Positions 22,963 to 34,800 of a stretch of 64,000 nucleotides of DNA are shown piece after piece (position 1 is the stretch's first letter; each line of letters opens with the position of its first letter). Under the pieces are notes generated by a model, which made no database searches, was not told where the DNA came from, and was given only the letters and a program-made list of their open reading frames with translations. The stretch is taken from the NCBI GenBank assembly GCA_053919585.1, contig CM132827.1; one strand, written 5' to 3'. A program made the translations under genes and the position numbers. Origin of the DNA: Euprymna scolopes. Taxonomy: Eukaryota.

Positions 22963-23245
22963 CGGTTGGTTGGTTGTTTTTGTTTTATGGCATATCAACC
23001 CTTTTCAGGTTATTTAATGCCAAATCCAAAGATTTTTGAAGAAAATTTTTTTAGTAGAATATATTTGTTGTTTTCAAGTCAGATTCTATTTAACCCATAG
23101 TTGGGATTCTAACAGGTACTACCACTCCGGGTCAGAGTGGACCTGGGAGCAATGGCAATTAAAGGGTTGTTCCACACTCCCCAAAGCCCGCCAGCTGGGG
23201 CCTCGCCACTGGATATAGTTTAAGGTCATATCCAGGACCACTTTC
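22963..23245 (-). mobile_element. SINE fragment with (CCAA)n tail inserted in the Gypsy RT
   Basis: - strand body CCCAGGTCCACTCTGACCCGGAGTGGTAGTACCTG.. ending GATATGCCATAAAAC..(CCAA)n. From memory the central domain resembles Meta-type SINE domains (unverified). Confidence 0.6.
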
Positions 23246-26162
23246 CAATGGGAGTCAAAAATACCCAAGACAAATTTCAGTGAGCTAACAGGGGTTTTTG
23301 ATAGGAAAAATTCCACCACTATATATGAGACCATGTGGTGACAATATGCACAAATGACAAACTGTCAGAATCAATCACCTTGAAAGATCTTGCTAATGTA
23401 CGAGCAAGGTTAGCAAGAATACTACTTAAAATCTAAGGCTATGATTTCACAGTCGAATCCATCCTGATAGCCGACTACATATTTAGGGTGTCGTCAAACC
23501 CAGCCAATCAGTAATTAACGTAACAAATGAATCAATAATTAACGTACACTTCAACGCATCCCCAACTCACTTACAAGATATCAAGGCATTCAAAGACGCA
23601 GTACCAAAAGGGTTCACCAACACCATTATGTCCGGATAGCCAGTCGACCAATTCAACTGCCAACCTCATGTATAATACAACTTTTGTGGAATTGAAGGGA
23701 CGAAATTAGGCTACAGGATGGGATGCTCCTTAAATCATTATAATCCTCTCACTCCTAGCGGACATCCAACAGCAACTACATTCATCCCCCCAAAGCGTTT
23801 ACTGGCTCGAGCAGCAGTTTTCTGGGTTGGTATCAACAAGGATAGAGAGAAACTAATTGAAAACTGTTCCACGTGCCAAAAGTACTAACCCAGTATTCCG
23901 TCAGAGACACAAACATGAAATCTCCGCTTACCCATGGCAGTGTGTTAGTATAGATATCTTTACCATAGAACATAAGGAATTTATACCAATGCTGGACCAT
24001 TACAGCTGCAGCCTCTTCATACAGTGTCTCCACTATGAAACCATATCAGTTAACAAATGAAATTCCTCTTCATAGAACTAGGAATTCCAGGGGTAGTAAA
24101 CGATGACAATGGGCCACAGTATTCCATAGAGAGTTTGCAAACTTCACCAAATCTTACAACCTCGGGTACACTACCTCGTTATGACACTATCCCCAGTCAA
24201 ATGGATTCGCAGAGTGAATGGTGAGTGTCTGTAAGAAGATCTTGATAAAAGCACGAGACAGACAGCTACTTGGCAATGATGGTTTATGGGACCACATCGC
24301 TATTAGCTCAAAGGGGATGAACAAACAAATGTAGAACTCTTCTCTAGAAGAGCAAAGAAAAATCAAAGAAATGCTATGACTGAAAGAATAGTCTGCAACA
24401 CCTACAGTTACATACCAGCCAAATGCTTCATGTTCAGGACAAAAGAACCAGGCTCTTGGATGGTAAAATTTGCCAGCAGTGTAATCCACTGCAGAAACCG
24501 GCAGTCATTGAGGCTTCAAATGTTAGGGGTTTCATAGTCGGTTGAATCACTGAAACTAGAAATGCTTACAAACAGAAATACTTAACAAACGCAGATAGTT
24601 CGCAAGAACATAAATACACATTTTATTACAAATTGCCAAACACGAAAGTCATATAACATCACAAATACAGAACAACAATGATTTCGTACTTAGAAATGGT
24701 TAAAGTTCTACTTTATCGCATAGTGAGACAATGTTCTCACTGGGGTAAAACCTTACATTTTCTTGTCAAGCACAAAACATCTCTGCGTTTCTCTCATGGG
24801 TGTGGGGGTTAATGTGGCTGCTCTTCTTGATGCTCAAACTCCTTCTCCCTGTCTCCTTCTCTCAAGGGAAATCACTCCCCGATGTCTATATAAACCAGTA
24901 TCCTTTGCCTAAATTCCCCCTACAAGGCCAACAAAGAGCAAAGAAGACAGCACAAAGTGGCAGCACTGAAAACCTGTTGTGACACACCAGCTTCTTTACC
25001 TTCCCACCACTATCCCAGCACAAGACCCAAGGCCAGTCAGTGGTCACCCATCTATCACCTATTTATCACCTATCTATCACCTCAAGCATCCATCCACCAA
25101 TTCCGTCCGCACCTGCCAAACCACATAGATCTAGCAGGATGAGCAAAACTGTACAGAGGCTTGACTTGTGACATAGAACCGTTTCCAGCCCATTACAACT
25201 TTAGCAGTCGAAACTTGCTACAATCACAGGCAGGAGCTCATTCTTGTGGCTCGAAATTTGAAATCCATTTTCTCCCTGGCTTATCCAATCAGAAGCCAGC
25301 TCTCAATCACGTGATCAAAGCAAAATCTGAAACTCTTATTCTTCTTTCTCCCTGCTCTGCACAGCAGCACACATTGCCGGGGAACTTTGGCCAAAGTGAG
25401 TACAACAAGTCAACATGGCTCTCTACAAACTCCTACTTATTTCCACATGCGATACCTTCACAAACTTTCTTTATCATGCTGCAGAACTGCTCTTGTTGAT
25501 ACACTGACACATACACACCCACTACAACACATTAATACACTGAAGATATTGCTGTTTCTTTCTCCTTTAACCGACCTCCTTCATCCCGACAACTACTAGC
25601 TATAAACACATGTGGACTGAGCAGTTCTCTCCTCAACAAGCAGGCAATATATTAAATCTATCTTCACACACGAACACTTCCGCCTATGAACCTGTTTCTC
25701 TATTGTACCCGCTACTAACGAGGATAACAAATAAAGTTGTTTTTTGAAATGTTAAAATGAGACTTATTTTCGTTGTCGTCATTTTAACTAAAAAGCCTAC
25801 TGGAATTCTCTTTCAATAGAGGAGGAGATATTTTAGTGTCAGTAGAAGTATGAGATAGTTGTGTGGGGGATTTGTTAGTGGCTTGGGGATTTTTTTGAAG
25901 AAGCTAACATTTCTTGTAGTTTGGTTGCCCTTGTGTGCAGTGGTAATCATGAAGGTTGGTAGGGTGTGAAAGCCTTTGAGGTGTGGTCACTTTTTACGAT
26001 GACTGTGTCACCCACACTGAGATCATTGGGTTTCATATGTGCTTTTATGTGTTTTAGCAGCATTGATTGCTTTATTGTTTTCTTGTTTTGGGTGACACGC
26101 TCCCTGCGTCATGCCCAGTGGTGCATGGATGTGTATTAACAGATAATGATAACCCGAACAGG

Positions 26163-26378
26163 TGTGTTCCTATTTACTTGCCTCTCCATGAGGGCAGAGT
26201 CAGACACAAGGTTGGTTTTTTAATGTGAGAAAAATCCAAAAAGTGATACTCTGGATAGGAACAAAAATTTAAAAAAATATGTCTCAGTCATGAAGGATTT
26301 CTCCTCCATTGACCGAGGGCAGAAAAGATGAAGTGTAATATCAGAACAGATGCTGCACTGTGATCCTGTCCAACGACC
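26163..26378 (-). mobile_element. U2-derived retroposon, copy D (diverged monomer)
   Basis: - strand GGACAGGATCACAGTGCAGCATCTGTTC..ATGGAGGAGAAATCCTTCAT..GTGTCTGACTCTG..GTAAATAGGAACAC. Confidence 0.75.
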
Positions 26379-26706
26379 ACGTAATTGAGGATCTGTGATG
26401 GGGCGTATGTTTTATTGATAAATGCGCATGCATGTTTGTACATATAAAAAGCAGATTGACGTTCCGGGAATCCGAAATGAAGAGTAGGCAATATCATTAC
26501 AAATGCTAGGATCCACAGCTATTAGTGTGATTAGGTGCGGCAGGCGTTTTATATACCAAATAGGATTGAGGATAGCGATATGCCGATGTTCCAGCAGGAA
26601 TTTGAATAATTTAATTGATTAAGGCAGCGTTCACTTTTTCATTTATTGTGTGTGTATTTATTGGTGTGTTCTGATTCCAATGTGAACAACAGCAACAACA
26701 ACACCA

Positions 26707-27740
26707 CTAGGTGTATCAGAATTTTTGTAGGAATTTTTGACACCCCTAACACGAAACTGCGAATAAAATATGAAAAACTCGTAATTTCTCTTTTAAAAGT
26801 GGGTTGTTTATTTTCTTTATGGATTATACTTCCAAAATAAACTATTAAAGTTGTTTTAAAAGTAATAGAAATATATATATATATATATTTTTAAAAACAG
26901 TAATGAATTTTACGAACTCAATATTTTTCAATTTTTAAACATTAAAAATTTATAAAAAATTTTCTATTCATTCTATTTTTACGATATTTTCAGGGTCAAT
27001 GTGAAATTTTATGCTCTTTCCAATAAACAGAATATAATATTTTGGACAAACGTTTTTTTTTTTAAATTCACGCCCCCCCCCCCATTTTCAAGTGTCTATT
27101 AAAAAGTAAATAATTAATTTACTCACCAAAGTTTTATATATCACAAATTGAAGAGAAAAGGTCAATAAATAATATATTCAAATTTAAAACAAAAAAAGTA
27201 GTGTTTTTTAGAAATTTACCTGTAAAGTTCGAAGTTTAAGACGTTTTTTTTTAAACCACGTTGTTTGTTTTTTCTTTTGTTTTTTTTTTAATGAAACCGT
27301 GGTCCTTGCTCCTTTAATTGACAAAAAAATTAAGGCTTGAATTACATTTTTCGAGTAGTTATAAGCTCGGAAAGACAGGGGGTCGAATAATTCACGCCTC
27401 CCATTTTGAAATGTCTATTAAAAAGTAAATAATTAATTTACTCACCAAAGTGTTATATATCACAAATTGAAGAGAAAAGGTCAATAAATAATATATTCAA
27501 ATTTAAAACAAAAAAAAGTAGTGTTTTTTTAGAAATTTACCTCTAAAGTCCAAAGTTTAAAACCTTTAAAAAAAAAAAAAACACGTTTTTTTATTTTTTT
27601 TTTTTTAATGAAACCTTGGTCCTTGCTTCTTTAATTGAAAAAAAAAATTAGAGCTTGAATTACATTTTTCGAGGAGTTATAAGCTTGGAAAGGCGGGGTG
27701 GAATTATTCACTATTTTTCACGAACTTTCTGACACACCTA
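26707..27740 (-). mobile_element. Second copy of the ~1-kb TIR element (opposite orientation to 14583-15605)
   Basis: Full-length reverse-complement similarity including the internal duplication and TAGGTG TIRs. Confidence 0.85.
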
Positions 27741-28584
27741 CAACAAACACCACCCCACCAACAACAACAAAATGTTTATTTTATAAAAAAATAAACAAAA
27801 ATACTTAGGTAATTATGTAGAAGAATACGGACCGTGCTGAAATAATAACGTCATTATCAAGGAACCCATTTTTAACAAGGGGAGGGGGGAGTAGTAGTCT
27901 GTGCTTTCACCAAACAATTTAATAAACAAAAATTACCATAAAACTTGAATTTCCCAACCCCACCCCCAAAAATCAACAGAAATTAGACAATTCCTGTAAT
28001 GGTTCCGTCCCTGCTGATTTTTCTGTGGGAATTTAGCTCTGCCTGCGGTTCTAGGAGGTCTACCTTTCCAAGCTTTACGTTCTCTCTTTGAGCCGGGGTT
28101 AGTTTATTGCTAATAAGGCTCCCTTACTGAGGAATGCTAACGGGGCTGTCCGGGCACATTTTGTAGGTCAGAGCACTCCTCCTTGGGGGCGCTGACTTCT
28201 CAATCCCAACTTTCCGACTCTAGCGTCTAAGTTGTTGCAGTCTGACAGGCCCTCCATACCCCCCCCCCCATTTTTGCATAAGTACCAAAATATTTAATAT
28301 GAGTGAGGATAAAAAAAAAAGTTCCGGAAGTTTCTGTGAGAAGACGATTTAGCCGGAAGTTCAGTTGAACAAGAAGAACGACCATTATAAAGAAGGTAAA
28401 TATTGCATGAAAAATGTCTGTTAATATTATGTTTTGTTTTCATATTAAAAGAAAAAAAAACAACGAATTAAAAATGCTGATTTTTTTATTTGAAAAAGCA
28501 AAAGGAAAACAAACAGTTGGCTTTTGAAGGCTAACATGAATAGAAATAAAAATAATATAATAGAAATAAAGGGGTTGTTTTACT

Positions 28585-30460
28585 AGACATATAGATTCGG
28601 AAAAGTTGTCAAAAACAAATATATAACAAATAAATGTTATCACAGGCAACGTAAGTTACTTTTCTACCTAACTCGATAATTTTTTAGTGTTTTTATTAAA
28701 TGTAACATGTTTAATCGGTAAAAAAACATAGTGTTTGAAAAATACAAATGGTGGCATGCTCGCTGTTGAACACGTTAAGTTTGGGAAAATGAGTTTAAAC
28801 AAAAAATGATACAAAATACTGTTAGAAACTCACTCAATATATGTGACATGGGTGGACATATATTCGATGGGTTTCTAAGAGTATTTTGCATACGTTGTTT
28901 GAAGTCATTTCCACAAACTTACGTGTTCAACAACGACCATGCTGCCATTTTTCTTTTTAAAATATATCGATAAACACTAGGGACTGCCAAAATTCACCAC
29001 AGAATTACCCCACCCTATATGTAACACGATGTAACTCTATTATAAACTAATATTATCAGTATAACTTTTGTACCATTTAAAAGAAGAGCAAAATAAACCA
29101 GTAATAATTAAAAAGAAATTTTTTTCATTGAAAGAAAATAATGAAATTGCGAGACGAAAATCGTGTTTACATAATTGGCGCTTTAAAATAACGTTCCCAT
29201 GTAGTAGACATTCCGAACGTGAAAACATACCCGTTTTTAATAAATCTAGCAAAAATCAACTAATGGTCAGATTTTTGTGAAATTTTTTATACTTATCCAT
29301 TTTAGAATGAAATTACATTTAAAATACAGTTTTCGTAAAATATACGAGGGGAAATATTTTTTTAGTGCGTATTCCTCCCCCTATTTATTTTTTCGAAATT
29401 CGAACAAAATATATTAACATCTATCGGAATTTTTATTTATTATGAAACATAAGAGTTCAAATAAGTAAAAAATATTTATTTTTGTAAAATTTAAATACAC
29501 ATATTGAACAAAGATTTACCTTGAAGTTGCAATTAAAAATTTGATATAAACTTAATATTATTATGTTTTTTTAATAGCGTTTTTTTTCGAATTAATATAT
29601 ACTATAATCAGTTGAATTGCCAAGAAAAAGAAACGTCGTAAACACTAATTAATTTTTAAAAGATTAAAACGATTAAAATTCCATTATTTCAAAATGTTCT
29701 GTTACAACATAGATTTTTAATTAATTGTATTTAAATTTTTTTTTTTGAATATTAAGTTTTAATATAAACATGGCTCTTGTCAACTATTTTATCGCCAGAT
29801 TAAAACCAATTTGAAAATATTATTGCCCAAATATTAAGCATTTTGTAGCCCCCCCCTCATATTTTGTTTGTCTCTTTTTACTGAACAAAATATGGAAACC
29901 CGTAGGTAGCCAAATGAACATTCAGTAAAACCGTATTTCATATTTAATATACAAATGTTTATAATATTATTAATCGTTAAACTGTGTAAATCTTGAAACC
30001 TAAGAAAATTAGGTGCAATGCCTTTACTGATCCGCGCTATTTTTTATTCAATTGTAAGATTAAAGTACAGAATAGGTACAGAACACCCTCCCCTCCCCAT
30101 GTTAAGAATGGCTTTTTAAATAATAACCTTGTTATTTCAGCGTGGGTCAATAAGTGCATGAGTACCCAAAATTATAACAAAGATTAATTATTAATTGCAG
30201 TTTGAAGAAGATAAACAAACGTTTTAAAAAATCATTAAGTTGCTTCTGCTTTTCCATAGTTCGTATTGTTAACACAAGTCTGACGTCATGGAAACATGCG
30301 GTCCATTTTTCACAATCATTTGGCAGACCCTAATAATCATTGTATGATTTTTGAACTGATTACATGCATTAAAATGAGTACTAAGTAAAACCACTAAAAA
30401 CTATTCCAGATAGGTAGAAGAGTAATTTATCTTGCCTTTGATATCATTTATATTTTATCT
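28585..30460. mobile_element. Diverged foldback element (11559-12157 family) with an interrupted right arm
   Basis: Left arm 28585-28830 is similar to 11575-11834; centre ~28850; the right arm resumes after 30340 (TAGGTAGAAGAGTAATTTATCTTGCC). Confidence 0.7.
28978..30332. mobile_element. hAT-type non-autonomous element nested in the foldback arm
   Basis: TIRs TAGGGACTGCCAAA / TTTGGCAGACCCTA; 8-bp flanks ataaacac/ataatcat (6/8, TSD-like). Confidence 0.7.
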
Positions 30461-31889
30461 AATGAAAAAGGTTGAACTGGGAAACGATATTTCACATTTA
30501 AAAAACCCTACTATTTCTTAAGTAATAGATTTGCTCGAGGCCACCGAGAGTAAGTACAGGCCAATGAACATGACAGCGTGACGTCATTACCAGATCATCA
30601 TGTAGGTATACGGTGCCTAAAGTTTCTTGTGTTCAACCATGTGACCACATTATTTTTCATTGCCCCTTACACGCTAATAGCAATGACAAATATTTTTCAT
30701 TGCTCCTTGTAATTTAAACTTTTTTTTTTCTAAATAGAAAAAAAATTCTTCATTTCAATAATTTTAATCTAACAAATTATAACAGTAAGTGAACTTGTTT
30801 TTGAAATTTTCTTACATGTCTAGTGAAGAAAATCGAATATTTCATTTTATTTTTTTAAACTGCAAAACAAACAATTTTTATAAGAGAATATTTTTCAGTC
30901 CGTTCTTTTAATAATAAATAAAAATTTTCATTGGGTATTTAGAAGCATTTTTCACAATTTTTTTTCTTTTTTTTTATATTTAACCAAAACAATCGATGAA
31001 TTCGCCAGGCGTAATTTATTTCTTTGAAATATATTTAACATATAAAGTTTGTTTGTTTCATAACATTTCAACTGCAAATAATTTACATGAGTGAAGTGGG
31101 AAATAGGAAATTCTATGTTTATTGAGAAATAACGAATACGAATTCATCTTAAAAATTCATTAACTAATCAGTTTTAATTAAAGTTTTCATATGAACTAGA
31201 AATAAAAAGTACATTAAATTTTAGTTAACATATTTTCTTGTGTTTTATCTTATAAATAAATGGGTACTTCACGGAGAACGTGGACCCAGCGTAAACGTTT
31301 TTTTTATTCAATGATTGCTCCCTGAAAGCATTTTCTTTCATTTTCTTTCAATATATCTCAGAATATATTTTTTTTTAATCTTGGGTGTATTTACTTTTTA
31401 TTTATTTTTTAAATTTTTTTCATTTTTTGGGGGTAAATTTGATTTATACTTTTATTTCATGCTTATTTTTATTTTATTTCATTTTAATTTTTTTAATTAT
31501 TTTCTCCATTAAAGATTTTTATTTTTTTGTAAAATTATTTTTTCATACATATTCAAATAATGCCCCCTCCCTTTTTGGCCTAAAATAGTACCTGCAAAAA
31601 AGTTTCCGTGATTTAATAAACTAAAGAAAACCTTTTGTGCATGCGCTTACAGAAAGCAATCATTAAATAAAACCATTGTTTACGCAGGGCCGTTTCCCAT
31701 GAAGTATGAGTAAATGTTGTATGTGCCCTGCTAAAATAACGTTATTATTTAGAAAGCCATTCTCTGGGATTTCAGGCCGCTGAGATATTGAAGCAAACAT
31801 GTCTTCATTGGTAAAGAAGGCGTGGAGGTTAGGGTTAGGGTTAGTTGTTCGAGATGGAATCAAAGTGACTTTCCATCTTTTTAGGATAT

Positions 31890-34800
31890 TGTTCTTATCC
31901 ATAAAAGGATCACCTTCAGTGGAGAAAAAGAGAGAGGAACCATTTTCTTGGGAGCCAAACACTGTGTTCATATCCATCAAAGGATCACCTTCAGTGGAGA
32001 AAATGAGAAAGGCACCATTTTCTTGGGAGCCAAACACTGTGTTCATATCCATCAAAAGATCACCTTCAGTGAAGAAAATGAGAAAGGCACCATTTTCTTG
32101 GGAGCTAAACACTCTGTTCATATCCATCAAAGGATCACCTTCAGTGGAGAAAATTAAAGAGGCACAATTTTCTTGGGACCCAAACACTCTGTTCATATCT
32201 ATCAAAGGATCACCTTAAGTGGAGAAAATGAGAAAGGCACAATTCTCTTGGGACCCAAAAACTCTGTTCATATCCATCAAAGGATCACCTTCAGTGGAGA
32301 AAATGAGAAAGGCACCATTTTCTTGGGAGCCAAACACTGTGTTCATATCCATCAAAAGATAACCTTCAGTGGAGAAAATGAGAAAGGCACCATTTTCTTG
32401 GGAGCCAAACACTGTGTTCATATCCATCAAAAGATAACCTTCAGTGGAGAAAATGAGAAAGGCACCATTTTCTTGGGAGCCAAACACTGTGTTCATATCC
32501 ATCAAAGGATCACCTTCAGTGAAGAAAATGAGAGAGGCACAATTTTCTTGGGAGCCAAAAACTCTGTTCATATCCATCAAAGTATCACCTTCAGTGGAGA
32601 AAATTAGAGAGGCACCATTTTCTTGGGAGCCAAACACTCTGTTCATATCCATCAAAGGATCACCTTCAGTGGAGAAAATGAGAGAGGCACCATTTTCTTG
32701 GGAGCCAAACACTGTGTTCATATCCATCAAAGGATCACCTTCAGTGGAGAAAATGAGAGAGGCACCATTTTCTTGGGAGCCAAACACTGTGTTCATATCT
32801 ATCAAAGGATCACCTTCAGTGAAGAAAATTAGAGAGGCATCATTTTCTTGGGAGCCAAACACTGTGTTCATATCCATCAAAGGATCACCTTCAGTGGAGA
32901 AAATGAGAAAGGCACCATTTTCTTGGGAGCCAAACACTCTGTTCATATCCATCAAAGGATCACCTTCAGTGGAGAAAAAGAGAAAGGCACCATTTTCTTG
33001 GGAACCAAACACTCTGTTCATATCCATCAAAGGATCACCTTCAGTGAAGAAAATGAGAAAGGCACCATTTTCTTGGGAGCTAAACACTGTGTTCATATCC
33101 ATCAAAGGATCACCTTCAGTGGAGAAAATGAGAGAGGCACCATTTTCTTGGGAGCCAAACACTGTGTTCATATCTATCAAAGGATCACCTTCAGTGAAGA
33201 AAATTAGAGAGGCATCATTTTCTTGGGAGCCAAACACTGTGTTCATATCCATCAAAGGATCACCTTCAGTGGAGAAAATGAGAAAGGCACCATTTTCTTG
33301 GGAGCCAAACACTCTGTTCATATCCATCAAAGGATCACCTTCAGTGGAGAAAAAGAGAAAGGCACCATTGTCTTGGGAACCAAACACTCTGTTCATATCC
33401 ATCAAAGGATCACCTTCAGTGAAGAAAATGAGAAAGGCACCATTTTCTTGGGAGCCAAACACTGTGTTCATATCCATCAAAGGATCACCTTCAGTGGAGA
33501 AAAAGAGAAAGGCACCATTTTCTTGGGAACCAAACACTCTGTTCATATCCATCAAAGGATCACCTTCAGTGAAGAAAATGAGAAAGGCACCATTTTCTTG
33601 GGAGCTAAACACTCTGTTCATATCCATCAAAGGATCACCTTCAGTGGAGAAAATGAGAAAGGCACCATTTTCTTGGGAACCAAACACTGTGTTCATATCC
33701 ATCAAAGGATCACCTTCAGTGGAGAAAATGAGAAAGGCACCATTTTCTTGGGAACCAAACACTCTGTTCATATCCATCAAAGGATCACCTTCAGTGGAGA
33801 AAATTAGAGAGGCATCATTTTCTTGGGAGCCAAACACTGTGTTCATATCCATCAAAGGATAACCTTCAGTGGAGAAAATGAGAAAGGCACCATTTTCTTG
33901 GGACCCAAACACTGTGTTCATATCCATCAAAGGATCACCTTCAGTGGAGAAAATGAGAAAGGCACCATTTTCTTGGGAACCAAACACTCTGTTCATATCC
34001 ATCAAAGGATCACCTTAAGTGAAGAAAATGAGAAAGGCACCATTTTCTTGGGAACCAAACACTCTGTTCATATCCATCAAAGGATCACCTTCAGTGGAGA
34101 AAATTAGAGAGGCATCATTTTCTTGGGAGCCAAACACTGTGTTCATATCCATCAAAGGATAACCTTCAGTGGAGAAAATGAGAAAGGCACCATTTTCTTG
34201 GGACCCAAACACTGTGTTCATATCCATCAAAGGATCACCTTCAGTGGAGAAAAAGAGAAAGGCACCATTTTCTTGGGAACCAAACACTCTGTTCATATCC
34301 ATCAAAGGATCACCTTCAGTGGAGAAAATGAGAAAGGCACCATTTTCTTGGGAACCAAACACTCTGTTCATATCCATCAAAGGATCACCTTCAGTGGAGA
34401 AAATGAGAAAGGCACCATTTTCTTGGGAGCTAAACACTGTGTTCATATCCATCAAAGGATCACCTTCAGTGGAGAAAAAGAGAAAGGCACCATTTTCTTG
34501 GGAACCAAACACTCTGTTCATATCCATCAAAGGATCACCTTCAGTGGAGAAAAAGAGAAAGGCACCATTTTCTTGGGAACCAAACACTCTGTTCATATCC
34601 ATCAAAGGATCACCTTCAGTGGAGAAAATGAGAAAGGCACCATTTTCTTGGGAACCAAACACTCTGTTCATATCCATCAAAGGATCACCTTCAGTGGAGA
34701 AAATGAGAAAGGCACCATTTTCTTGGGAGCTAAACACTGTGTTCATATCCATCAAAGGATCACCTTCAGTGGAGAAAATTAGAGAGGCATCATTTTCTTG

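Larger units (their letters stand above)
19640..24480 (+). mobile_element. Decayed Ty3/Gypsy LTR retrotransposon (gag-PR-RT-RH-IN)
   Basis: gag-like EPRPNF..RQQ (~20800, ~21250); protease-like KMDTDAMSNLIP (~21790); RT LCLDPEDLNK|PHF..KLHGAKWF..DVKSGYW..TFITP..RY (22370-22960); RNase H RLARILL (~23405); integrase PWQCVSIDIF..DNGPQY..YPQSNGFAE (23930-24215); many stops and frameshifts. Confidence 0.88.

Noticed and set aside
24521-25700. LTR belonging to the 19640-24480 Gypsy
   Set aside because: It starts TGTTA and has TATA/poly(A)-like words, but I could not match it to a 5' LTR or define its other end.
31915-31930. Satellite derived from the U2-headed element (shared TTCAGTGGAG, TGTTCTTATC)
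   Set aside because: Only ~10-bp matches with no extended colinearity; compatible with chance.
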